A DNA stretch of 64,000 nt from a virus. This document shows, piece after piece, positions 50,495-58,891 of this stretch. The first letter of the stretch is position 1. Every line of letters begins with the position of its first letter. The notes under the pieces were generated by a model. It searched no databases. It was not told the DNA's origin and was given only the letters and a program-made list of their open reading frames with translations. The position numbers and the translations under genes are program-made. Where the stretch lies: the IMG/VR virus record IMGVR_UViG_3300038760_000071, positions 16,260 through 80,259 of that record, one strand, 5' to 3'.

Positions 50495-50679
50495 TTTTAA
50501 AGGAGGTAAGATATAAAGTATGGAACAAAATATGGCGTAAGGTAGAGAATGAGGCTCGGCAAACGATACAGGGTAAGGTAATACACGAGCTTTGGAATGA
50601 AGTAGAGGATGCGGTAGAGTATAGCCACTACATAGCAGATACGGTAGAAGATAAGATAAGAAACTCTACCATAACATAG
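50491..50679 (+). CDS. Trp/Val tetrad-repeat microprotein
   Basis: KVWNKIWRKV; ends in a junction-motif variant (RNSTIT). Confidence 0.65.
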   Translation: MILKEVRYKVWNKIWRKVENEARQTIQGKVIHELWNEVEDAVEYSHYIADTVEDKIRNSTIT

Positions 50680-50681
50680 AT

Positions 50682-50852
50682 ATGAATTTAACTAGTATAT
50701 GGTGTGAGGTAGAGGATGAGGTAGAGGATGGGGTAGAGGAAGAGGTATGGCGTGAGGCATGGCGCGCGGTGGAGCATAAGGTATGGTATGAGGCCACTCA
50801 TGAGATGAGAAGTACGGTAAGAGATAGGGTAAGGAACTCTGATATAATATAG
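50682..50852 (+). pseudogene. Disrupted tetrad-repeat microprotein copy
   Basis: ATGAATTTAACTAG start like its paralogs, but the frame stops early; repeat units continue to the next motif. Confidence 0.5.
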
Positions 50853-50884
50853 ATATGGAATGAGGTAGAAGATGCTGTATAGAT

Positions 50885-51073
50885 ATGAATTTAGAAGAGT
50901 TTAGGTATGAGATAGGGAACAAAATACGGCACAAGTTACAGCATGCGGCTTATTATAAGTTAGTGAGTAGTATAAGGGGTGAAGTAGGGCATGAGATATC
51001 AAGCAAGGTAAGGGTTGAGGTATGGGGCAAGGTATGTAATAAGGTAGAACATGCGGTATGTAATAAGGTATAG
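50885..51073 (+). CDS. Trp/Val tetrad-repeat microprotein
   Basis: MNL start; EVWGKVCNKV. Confidence 0.65.
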   Translation: MNLEEFRYEIGNKIRHKLQHAAYYKLVSSIRGEVGHEISSKVRVEVWGKVCNKVEHAVCNKV

Positions 51074-51105
51074 CATGCGGGTTGGGCGAACAGCTTTAAC
51101 ATAAT

Positions 51106-51330
51106 ATGAGTATGGGAATAGATATGAATTTAGCTGGAGTAAGGAGAGAGTTGGTGGCCAAAGTAAGGCATGAGTTGCGGGGTGAGATAAGGAGTATGGT
51201 GAAGGATGAGGTATGGGGTGAGGTAAGAGATAACATATGGAGTGGGGTAGAGAACGAGATATGGAATGAGGTAAGGCGTAATGTATGGAACAGGGCATGG
51301 AATGAGGTGAGGAGCTCTAATATAATATAG
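51106..51330 (+). CDS. Trp/Val tetrad-repeat microprotein
   Basis: Likely start at MNL (51124); ends RSSNII within the motif. Confidence 0.65.
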   Translation: MSMGIDMNLAGVRRELVAKVRHELRGEIRSMVKDEVWGEVRDNIWSGVENEIWNEVRRNVWNRAWNEVRSSNII

Positions 51331-51332
51331 AT

Positions 51333-51527
51333 ATGAGAGTAGATCAGATATCGTATGAGCTGTGTAGTAAAATGCAGGTAGAGTTAGGGGCTAAGTTATG
51401 GGATAAAGTATTGAGTAGGGTAGAAGATGCTGTATGGAGTGAGGTATGGGTTAAGGTAGAAGATGCTGTATGGGGTGAGGTTTGGGATAAGGTAGAGCGT
51501 AAGGTAAGGAACTCTAATATAATATAG
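51333..51527 (+). CDS. Trp/Val tetrad-repeat microprotein
   Basis: N-terminus paralogous to the 50282 copy; ends RNSNII. Confidence 0.7.
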   Translation: MRVDQISYELCSKMQVELGAKLWDKVLSRVEDAVWSEVWVKVEDAVWGEVWDKVERKVRNSNII

Positions 51528-51529
51528 AT

Positions 51530-51880
51530 ATGAATTTGAATGAGATACAGTGTAAGGTGGAGGATAAGGTATGGGATGAGATCTGGGATAAGGTATGGGA
51601 TGAGATCTGGGATGAGGTAAGGGGTGAGGTAGGGGATAAGGTATGGGGTGAGATATGGGATGAAGTATGGGGTGAGGTAGAGGTTAAGGTAAGGGATGAA
51701 GTATGGGATGAAGTATGGGATGAAGTATGGGATGGGGTATATGATATCATCTGGGGTGAGGTATATGATAACATATTGAATGAGATATGGGATAAGGTAA
51801 GGTGGGGAGTAGAAGATAAGGTAAGGGGTGAGGTATTTGATAAGGTAGGGCGTAAGATAAGGAACTCTAATATAATATAG
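51530..51880 (+). CDS. Trp/Val tetrad-repeat microprotein (longest copy)
   Basis: (V/I)W(D/G)(E/K) units; ends RNSNII. Confidence 0.7.
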   Translation: MNLNEIQCKVEDKVWDEIWDKVWDEIWDEVRGEVGDKVWGEIWDEVWGEVEVKVRDEVWDEVWDEVWDGVYDIIWGEVYDNILNEIWDKVRWGVEDKVRGEVFDKVGRKIRNSNII

Positions 51881-51882
51881 AT

Positions 51883-52119
51883 ATGAATAAGGTATGGGAT
51901 AAGGTAGGGGATGAGATGGAGGATAAGATAAGGGATAAGGTAAGGGATGAGGTATGGGGTGAGGTAGAGCGTAAGGTATGGGGTGAGGTAAGGGATAAGG
52001 TAAGGTATAAAGTAAGGGATGAGGTATGGGGTGAGATAAAGTGTAAAGTATTTAATAAGGTAGAAGATGCTGTATGGGGTGAGATATGGGATGAGGTAAG
52101 GAACTCTGATATAATATAG
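51883..52119 (+). CDS. Trp/Val tetrad-repeat microprotein
   Basis: Ends RNSDII. Confidence 0.7.
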   Translation: MNKVWDKVGDEMEDKIRDKVRDEVWGEVERKVWGEVRDKVRYKVRDEVWGEIKCKVFNKVEDAVWGEIWDEVRNSDII

Positions 52120-52121
52120 AT

Positions 52122-52319
52122 ATGAATTTGAATACGAAGATAGGGTATAAGATATGGAATGAGGTAAGGCGTAATGTATGGAACAGGGCATGGAATGAGG
52201 TATGGTACGAGGTAAGGGATGAGGTAAGAGAAGAAGTATGGGGTAAGGTAAGGTATGAGGTAGGGGGTGAGGTAGGGGGTAAGGTAGAGCGTAAGATAAG
52301 GAACTCTGATATAATGTAG
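52122..52319 (+). CDS. Trp/Val tetrad-repeat microprotein
   Basis: Ends RNSDIM; shares a ~50-nt block with the 51106 copy. Confidence 0.7.
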   Translation: MNLNTKIGYKIWNEVRRNVWNRAWNEVWYEVRDEVREEVWGKVRYEVGGEVGGKVERKIRNSDIM

Positions 52320-52321
52320 AT

Positions 52322-52471
52322 ATGAATTTGAATGAGGTAGGGAGTGAGGTATGGGGTGAGGTAGAGCGTAAGGTAAGGGATAAGGTAGAAGATGCTGTAT
52401 GGGGTGAGATATGGGATAAGGTAAGGGATAAGGTAAGGTATAAGATAGGTAACACTGATATATCGATATAA
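52322..52471 (+). CDS. Trp/Val tetrad-repeat microprotein (49 aa)
   Basis: MNLNEVGSEVWGEVERKVRDKV...; below the ORF-track cutoff. Confidence 0.6.
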   Translation: MNLNEVGSEVWGEVERKVRDKVEDAVWGEIWDKVRDKVRYKIGNTDISI

Positions 52472-52673
52472 ATTTGAATACGAAGATAGGGTATGGGGTA
52501 TGTAATAAGGTAGAGTTTAGTAAAGTTATAGTAAATTTATAAAAACGTATAATAATGGTGGATGGTTAAGAGATGGCTAAGTTATTAACTATAAACATGC
52601 TATAACTAAAAGGTGAGGTGTATAAATGTTTAAATACAGAAATAGTTAGAGATCATCTAAATATAAATAGAGT

Positions 52674-53354
52674 ATGAAAAAATATGTAAGAAGATACCCG
52701 ACAAAATACCGATATAATCAAATGGGATTATCGAAAGAGACAGGCTATTTTAAATACGTGGATGTTAATATATGTGCTGGATGCGCGGTAGCGAGCGCGT
52801 GTCAATCTCTATTAGATGTGCGTGGATACAATGCAATAGGTGACTATGCTCTAGGAATATATGAGCGCGCGAAGAAAGCGATCGGATCTCAGAGAACCGG
52901 TCTTCGAATATATCCCGCAGTGACTGAAGCAATATATACATTCAATGAAGAGAAGCGATATATAGATATTACAGCTACTAAGTTGGCGCCGCGAAGTAAG
53001 TCTCTGAGAGATCATCTACTCAATAATGGCACCGCGGTCGCTGGATTCCGATGGTATGAAGGTATGATGTATCCTACACCTATTATCCCACCAAATACTC
53101 CATGGTATCGTCGTATATGGTACCATCTCAGAGCCCCACGATATGCATCAGCCTCCGGAGACATTGCAGGTTATCATGCAGCAGCCGTGATGGGTGTAGA
53201 TGATCATAAGCAAGCATTTGTAATACAGAACTCATACGGGTTAGGCTACGGTAATAAAGGCAATGTCTATATGAAGTATGATGACTTCGACGCATCATGC
53301 GTCCAAGCTTATGGTTTTGACACTGTGGAGGAAAGAAAAGGAACTCTGATATAA
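52674..53354 (+). CDS. Papain-like (C1) cysteine peptidase
   Basis: CAGCAVA, YHAAAVMG and IQNSYG catalytic motifs; TATAAATA upstream; ends KGTLI within the motif. Confidence 0.8.
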   Translation: MKKYVRRYPTKYRYNQMGLSKETGYFKYVDVNICAGCAVASACQSLLDVRGYNAIGDYALGIYERAKKAIGSQRTGLRIYPAVTEAIYTFNEEKRYIDITATKLAPRSKSLRDHLLNNGTAVAGFRWYEGMMYPTPIIPPNTPWYRRIWYHLRAPRYASASGDIAGYHAAAVMGVDDHKQAFVIQNSYGLGYGNKGNVYMKYDDFDASCVQAYGFDTVEERKGTLI

Positions 53355-53361
53355 TATAGAT

Positions 53362-54039
53362 ATGATGAAACAGAAAGCTCCGATACTAAGCGCGGTTACC
53401 GCGCCGCGGCGATGGGTGACGAGGAATAATCTCAAACTAAATATGAATCGTCTAGCAGTGTTGTTGTTTTTTGCAACATTCGCTAACCAGTGGTCGATCG
53501 GTCAATCAGTTAAACTGGCTTGGGACGCTAGCGAAGATGAACGTGTAACAAGCTACCAAGTGAGGTATGGCACTTCAAGTAGCGTCCATCCATCGATGGT
53601 CGACGTGGGGAAAAACACCACAGCAACCATTACGGGCTTATCCTTCAGTGTTGATTACTACTTTGTGGTGTATGCTCTCACCGCTTCAGGCCTGATAAGC
53701 CTACCGTCTAACGAAGTCTATACCATCGTAGAGCCGCCGCCTTCATCGCGCGCCTATATAGGCTATCATATACGGATTCAGACGTCAGGGGAGTTTGAAC
53801 TCCAGCAGTCTGTAGACATGGTTAACTGGATTACGGTAAAGCAGGCAAGTGACTATTTGGATATAGTGATTCCAACCTCAGGTGTACACCGATCCTTTTA
53901 CCGAGTCACGCCATGGAACGGAGAAACTCTCTTCGAAGGTAGGTCATTTTACATTAACCAAACTAACTCGAGTGTAGACGATCATAAGCAAGCATTTGTA
54001 ATTCAGAACTCATACGGCTTCGACACAAAGGAACTCTGA
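53362..54039 (+). CDS. Secreted fibronectin type III domain protein
   Basis: VKLAWDAS...YQVRYGT...TITGL...YYFVVYA...SLPSNEV. Confidence 0.8.
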   Translation: MMKQKAPILSAVTAPRRWVTRNNLKLNMNRLAVLLFFATFANQWSIGQSVKLAWDASEDERVTSYQVRYGTSSSVHPSMVDVGKNTTATITGLSFSVDYYFVVYALTASGLISLPSNEVYTIVEPPPSSRAYIGYHIRIQTSGEFELQQSVDMVNWITVKQASDYLDIVIPTSGVHRSFYRVTPWNGETLFEGRSFYINQTNSSVDDHKQAFVIQNSYGFDTKEL

Positions 54040-54051
54040 TATAATATAGAT

Positions 54052-54384
54052 ATGAAAGCAACCGGTGCACGTTTTAAAGTACGGCATAAATTATGGAATA
54101 GGGTCAGGGGATCGATACAGAGTGGTGTGTGGGAAGAGGTAAAGAAGGCCGTCCAGGACCTGGTACATAATAGAATACCGAACAAGGTTCAGAACAAGGT
54201 ACAGAATAAAGGCCATAATGAGATATATCATGATGTAGAAGATGATGTATGGAATAAGGTATATAAGAGGGTAGAAGATAAGGTATGGAATAATGTATGG
54301 AATAAGCTACATAATACTGGAATAGCCTCAACGAAAAAGGCACTCAAAAGGAACTCTGATATAATAGATATACAGAAGAGATAA
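54052..54384 (+). CDS. Tetrad-repeat protein (outlying paralog)
   Basis: DDVWNKVYKRVEDKVWNNVWNKL. Confidence 0.6.
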   Translation: MKATGARFKVRHKLWNRVRGSIQSGVWEEVKKAVQDLVHNRIPNKVQNKVQNKGHNEIYHDVEDDVWNKVYKRVEDKVWNNVWNKLHNTGIASTKKALKRNSDIIDIQKR

Positions 54385-54422
54385 TTAGTTGAACAATAGC
54401 AAACTTAGACTATAATATATAT

Positions 54423-54773
54423 ATGAGCAACCAACCTAACAAAACACCTGGCGTTATTCTACACGGTGAAGCAATGATCTTCCAATCTCCCATTCCAGAA
54501 GGAGCTACAGAGATCAAATCATCCTCCACTAATATGCACATCATTGCAGATTCTGAGACTACCGGTAACCACCACGTTATCGATACTGTGCCAGGTACTA
54601 AGTACTTTAAACACGGTGATACAATGTACATGGAGAACACAAATGAGACCCGTGTGAGGTGCGTTCTAGCTGATCGTCACGATGCTATTACACTTGATCC
54701 TGGTACGTGGGAGTTTGGAATTCAAAAAGAATTTGATCATCTAACTCAACAGTTACATAATGTAGCTGACTGA
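54423..54773 (+). CDS. Small beta protein of the QGDV/HGE...TGHxH type
   Basis: LHGEAMI, ADSETTGNHHVI, HDAITLDPGTW..QKEFD and VAD C-terminus. Confidence 0.6.
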   Translation: MSNQPNKTPGVILHGEAMIFQSPIPEGATEIKSSSTNMHIIADSETTGNHHVIDTVPGTKYFKHGDTMYMENTNETRVRCVLADRHDAITLDPGTWEFGIQKEFDHLTQQLHNVAD

Positions 54774-54780
54774 ATTAACC

Positions 54781-54854
54781 GCGGGTATAGCTTAATGGTA
54801 AAGCTGCAGCCTTCCAAGCTGACTATGTGAGTTCGATCCTCTCTACCCGCTCCA
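54781..54854 (+). tRNA. tRNA-Gly(TCC)
   Basis: GCGGGTA acceptor stem, CTTCCAA anticodon loop, GTTCGAT T-loop, CCA. Confidence 0.9.
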
Positions 54855-54873
54855 TTTAAATATATAATACATT

Positions 54874-55254
54874 ATGAGATATATAACCCTCGCGTTCCTG
54901 TTAGCTGTTACATCTATGGTATTAGCTGCCTGGCTCCTCATTGGTGAAGTAGGCTACTACGTAGTTGACATGTCACAATCTAAGTGGCCTAGACTATCAG
55001 ATAAACCAATCACAACTAACGTATTAATACCACTATTTAAGATTCATGTTTTAGGTGATGAAAAGGAAAAGTCCCGGTTTGAGGCTGTACCTGAAAGTAA
55101 GTATGTTACGTTAGGGTTTAATATTAAACCTAATACCATGGCGAATGGTGAGCCGGAGCCGATGGACAATGTTCCGGAGGAGGTTAGCGATAAACTCTCC
55201 TGGAGATATCTCCGCGGAGTGCCCCTACAAACTGACATTTCCCTGTTAAAATAA
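54874..55254 (+). CDS. Membrane-anchored hypothetical protein
   Basis: N-terminal hydrophobic helix. Confidence 0.5.
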   Translation: MRYITLAFLLAVTSMVLAAWLLIGEVGYYVVDMSQSKWPRLSDKPITTNVLIPLFKIHVLGDEKEKSRFEAVPESKYVTLGFNIKPNTMANGEPEPMDNVPEEVSDKLSWRYLRGVPLQTDISLLK

Positions 55255-55352
55255 TTCCCCTTACATAATAATAAATTAACTATAGTAACTATACTCATTA
55301 TCGTGATACATGCGACCCGTTTAGATAATTATCTATTACAATAAATATTAAT

Positions 55353-55640
55353 ATGGATAGCGAACTCGAACTGTGCTACAAGTCAACAACATTCTGTGAT
55401 GGTAATGGAGGTAGGTGTCTAAAGTTTAAAACATGCCCGCTAGCGCTAACAGATGATGTGCGTCAGAAAGCTGACCGCTGGTGGGTGGCTAATGGTGATT
55501 CTATAGATGAAGATGTTCCTTTAGCAATTTTTAATGCTCCGCGGAAGTTGGATTGTTATGAGCCGCCTATTAAAGTGCCGGTGCCGGCACCATCCGATGA
55601 AGCTGATGACTCGAACACTGAGAAAGGAACTCTCATATAA
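55353..55640 (+). CDS. Cys-rich hypothetical protein
   Basis: TAAATA upstream; ends KGTLI within the motif. Confidence 0.55.
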   Translation: MDSELELCYKSTTFCDGNGGRCLKFKTCPLALTDDVRQKADRWWVANGDSIDEDVPLAIFNAPRKLDCYEPPIKVPVPAPSDEADDSNTEKGTLI

Positions 55641-55676
55641 TAAGAGAGTAGAAACAATACTAACCAGATACAAGAG

Positions 55677-56645
55677 ATGAAAAAGATTACTAAAATGACC
55701 GAGGAGGAGCATGCGAAAATGCCTGAGTATGTAGAGAAGTGGATCAAGATCGGGACTGATACTACCCGGCTGGATCCAGCTACCACGGAGAAGATTGTTA
55801 ATAACATTCGAAACCTGATTGATATGGAGCCGGGTGTACCGTGTTTGATTGTCGATAACCCTATTGAGGCTTGGGTAATGTCATACCTATCTCTTAAGCA
55901 AGGTGTGGCTATAGAGGATTTACATTCTGAGATGGTAAGTATCTTTAATGGTAACCCGAAGAAGTACGACGTCCCACGATGTGAACTTCCATGGATGACT
56001 GGATCGTTCTTTGCCTCTACGTTTGCCTTTTACGACTTTATGATTGAAGAGCTTGGTGTAGAGTTAGAGAAAGAGCTCTGGACAAAGTATAAGATATGGG
56101 AAGCTTCGTCCTGTCTTGGGTGTGTATATCCTCTAGATAGTTGTACGATCGTTAGTCAAAAGCCTAAGACCGTCTTCCTACAAGATGGCAAGCTTCATAA
56201 GGACGGTGAGCCAGCTCTAACATATGATGGTTTAGGTGAGTTAGTGATCTGGTCGTTAAATGGTGTTGAGGTACCGGAGTGGCTCGCTAAGACGTCCGCG
56301 CAGGATCTTACACTAGATGATTATAGCAAACTAGATAACGCGGACGTTAAAGCTGAGTTCGTACGTAAGGTTGGTATTGAGCGCTTTATTGATCAGGGTA
56401 AGATAGTCGATTCATTCAACGAGTATGATATTGCTACTCATGAGTGGTGGCACAAGTCTGAGTACGAGCTCGTAGATATGAACTCGTTGTTTAGTACATT
56501 AGACTACGCACCATATCTTAAGATGGTTAATCAGACAACTGGCATTTTCCATATGGAGGGTGTGTCGCCATCATGTCGAACAGTTGGTGAAGCTCTTAAA
56601 GAGCGCTTCGGTGGTAAGGATTTCGTTATCAACTCAATCGCCTAA
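55677..56645 (+). CDS. DUF6745-like protein
   Basis: W...G...AFYDF, CVYPLD...VSQKP...GKLHKDGEPAL.Y...WSLNGVEVP and NADVK..IGIERF motifs. Confidence 0.7.
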   Translation: MKKITKMTEEEHAKMPEYVEKWIKIGTDTTRLDPATTEKIVNNIRNLIDMEPGVPCLIVDNPIEAWVMSYLSLKQGVAIEDLHSEMVSIFNGNPKKYDVPRCELPWMTGSFFASTFAFYDFMIEELGVELEKELWTKYKIWEASSCLGCVYPLDSCTIVSQKPKTVFLQDGKLHKDGEPALTYDGLGELVIWSLNGVEVPEWLAKTSAQDLTLDDYSKLDNADVKAEFVRKVGIERFIDQGKIVDSFNEYDIATHEWWHKSEYELVDMNSLFSTLDYAPYLKMVNQTTGIFHMEGVSPSCRTVGEALKERFGGKDFVINSIA

Positions 56646-56669
56646 AAGGAACTCTGATATAATAATAGT

Positions 56670-56903
56670 ATGACGCAATTAACTATAGACCATGACATTA
56701 CTACTCTCAATAAGCTGCAGCTCGAGCAGTTAGTTGTGAGCTTCCAACAACTCGCCACTGAAGGGTCGGTGGGTATGGTCGAGGAGGGTATTATTCTCCC
56801 AGAGCAAGCTAATATGGTTAGTAACTACTTAGTAGAAGCTATCAATATCGCTGCGCTCGAGCTGCGACGTGATGCTCTAATCGACGCTCTTAATCGCGAT
56901 TAG
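56670..56903 (+). CDS. Hypothetical early protein
   Basis: Starts at a junction motif. Confidence 0.6.
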   Translation: MTQLTIDHDITTLNKLQLEQLVVSFQQLATEGSVGMVEEGIILPEQANMVSNYLVEAINIAALELRRDALIDALNRD

Positions 56904-56973
56904 AGCATATGAGCTAATTAAAATAATTAGTTGCTTTTAATTAAAACTACATTATAATATATAAACAATTTAC

Positions 56974-57049
<76 letters not shown>

Positions 57050-57190
57050 TTTAAATCAAATAAGACACAACTTAATAACGTATTAATATGCAATTATTGA
57101 CTTCAATATTTACCATAATTGGTATAATCAATGTAACGGGGGCCCTTGTAATTGGTATACTCTTTCTTCTAGAATATATTAGTATGAAGG

Positions 57191-57391
57191 GTGAAGAGGG
57201 AGATGAATAGATTATATATCATTAGCATCGTGTTATTATTACCCAGCTGTGCTAGCAATCCACAAAGTCCTTCATTACTGGATCAATACCGAGCAGTGAA
57301 AGACTTACTGGGGCTCTATGATAGAAACATCACACCAGCAGAAGCCACCCCGGACGAGCCTATATGGCTCCCTCGATATGAGACGCCCTAA
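57191..57391 (+). CDS. Putative lipoprotein
   Basis: Hydrophobic signal with LLPSC lipobox-like motif. Confidence 0.5.
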   Translation: MKREMNRLYIISIVLLLPSCASNPQSPSLLDQYRAVKDLLGLYDRNITPAEATPDEPIWLPRYETP

Positions 57392-57458
57392 TAGCTTAAC
57401 TGGATAAAGCATCGTGCTTCTAACGCGATCGATGGGGGTTCGAGTCCCTCTTAGGGTA
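57385..57458 (+). tRNA. tRNA-Arg(TCT)
   Basis: GCCCTAA/TTAGGGT acceptor, TCGTG-CTTCTAA-CGCGA anticodon arm, GGTTCGAGTCC T-arm; no encoded CCA. Confidence 0.85.
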
Positions 57459-57469
57459 TTATAATTTAT

Positions 57470-57658
57470 ATGAAAATTAACTTAGAGCAGGACGAAATTG
57501 ACTTTATTACAGAGTGTATCGAAACACGAATCGTTAACGATGCATCGCGTACAGATGTACCTATAGAGTATATTAATATTATCGAGTCATGGAGGGCTGA
57601 GGGGCAGATGATCTTAGCTAAGCTTGAGAGATGTGAAGACAGTAAAAAGGAACATTGA
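57470..57658 (+). CDS. Hypothetical protein
   Basis: Stop supplied by a motif variant (KEH*). Confidence 0.55.
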   Translation: MKINLEQDEIDFITECIETRIVNDASRTDVPIEYINIIESWRAEGQMILAKLERCEDSKKEH

Positions 57659-57670
57659 TATAATATTGGT

Positions 57671-58030
57671 ATGAAGACATATAGCAATTTAGGAGATCCA
57701 AATGTAGTCGTTATTAACATTACTATTTTGGAGGTATATAAACACCTCGCGGCAGCTCTATTCGATATGGGGGTTGACGGCGGAGGAAGCCTCTTCGGCA
57801 AACATCTAGCAGAATGTTATGAGGGACTTAAGTCGCTACCAGATCTAGAGAACGAGGAGTTGACCGAGGCTAGCGAAAAAGCGAGAGGGCGCGTTCGTAA
57901 GTTGTTTACTGATGGTAATACAATGCTAATGATTCCCAATTGGGATGAGTCGTGTAAAACAGAGCTTCGTATTACTAATTCAAAAGGAGTTTCAGTGTTA
58001 GTATTAGTAGATGGAGAACTTAATTGTTAA
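57671..58030 (+). CDS. Hypothetical early protein
   Basis: Starts at a junction motif. Confidence 0.6.
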   Translation: MKTYSNLGDPNVVVINITILEVYKHLAAALFDMGVDGGGSLFGKHLAECYEGLKSLPDLENEELTEASEKARGRVRKLFTDGNTMLMIPNWDESCKTELRITNSKGVSVLVLVDGELNC

Positions 58031-58322
58031 CATGGATCGCCCTAACGAGATACTCAACCCGATTATCCGAGAGATAGCTGAATATTATGAGATGTCCATC
58101 GGGTGGGATAAGTCTCAAGACTCAGCCTGGTTGAGATGCACCATCACACATGAGGATATGGGTAAGCATTTCTACTGGACTAGTGATGGTAGATGTAGTA
58201 GTAGGAGATCGTTTGAGCTGTTTATGGACAAGCTTCAAGAGTTCTTTATCGAAGTTGGGGAAGAATTCAGCCCCGTGGGGCTGATCAGCCCCGTGCCGAA
58301 AGACACCGGCGCGCCGTGGTAG
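58011..58322 (+). CDS. Hypothetical protein
   Basis: Co-directional ORF. Confidence 0.5.
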   Translation: MENLIVNMDRPNEILNPIIREIAEYYEMSIGWDKSQDSAWLRCTITHEDMGKHFYWTSDGRCSSRRSFELFMDKLQEFFIEVGEEFSPVGLISPVPKDTGAPW

Positions 58323-58350
58323 GGAAAAGGAAACCTGATATAATATTATT

Positions 58351-58512
58351 ATGGAAGAAATTAAAAAAGAATTGTTTGATAAGATGAGTTATGATGTTAG
58401 TAATGGATTTGGAAGGAAGGAGTTGAAGGAATGGTATGGAGAGGAGAATGTTAAGTTGTATTTAGAATATGGGAAGAAGAAGGATTTGTTTGAAGGTGAG
58501 TTGGAGGGGTAG
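58351..58512 (+). CDS. 53-aa early protein encoded without any cytosine
   Basis: MEEIKKELFDKMSYDVSNGFGRKELKEWYGEENVKLYLEYGKKKDLFEGELEG; starts at a junction motif. Confidence 0.7.
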   Translation: MEEIKKELFDKMSYDVSNGFGRKELKEWYGEENVKLYLEYGKKKDLFEGELEG

Positions 58513-58544
58513 GTTTTAAAAAGGAAATCTGATATAATAATAGT

Positions 58545-58811
58545 ATGCAAGTAATTAATAAAGAAAGTAAGATGAAAGAAGTAGTTGTTGTTGGATATGA
58601 GGAGATTGGATTCGAGTTTAGTTTATGTGATGAGTTATATGAAGATGGGTGTGGAAAAGATATTGAAGGTAGGTTTTTAGATGTAGAATTTTTAAAGATT
58701 ATGTTTGACAGTAGGTTGGAGAATGAAGAGGATACATCTAAAATTGATAAGATTGATGATATGTTAGTAAGTATTAAGGATTTGAATAATGAAGTGTTAG
58801 TTGAGTTTTAA
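58545..58811 (+). CDS. Acidic early protein, C-depleted gene
   Basis: Starts at a junction motif; 5 C in 267 nt by manual count. Confidence 0.7.
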   Translation: MQVINKESKMKEVVVVGYEEIGFEFSLCDELYEDGCGKDIEGRFLDVEFLKIMFDSRLENEEDTSKIDKIDDMLVSIKDLNNEVLVEF

Positions 58812-58891
58812 TAAGTAAGGGGGAGGAGTTCCGAAAGGAACGAACCGGGGGGAGTTAGTTAAAAAGGAAACCTGATATAATAAATAATAGT

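Noticed and set aside
51514-52455. 313-aa minus-strand ORF (and 50060-50413, 50692-50934, 50999-51298)
   Set aside because: Antisense shadows of the repeat array; promoters and starts are all on the plus strand
50067-52471. Diversity-generating retroelement behind the repeat microproteins
   Set aside because: No reverse transcriptase in the window and no template/variable pair differing only at adenines was seen
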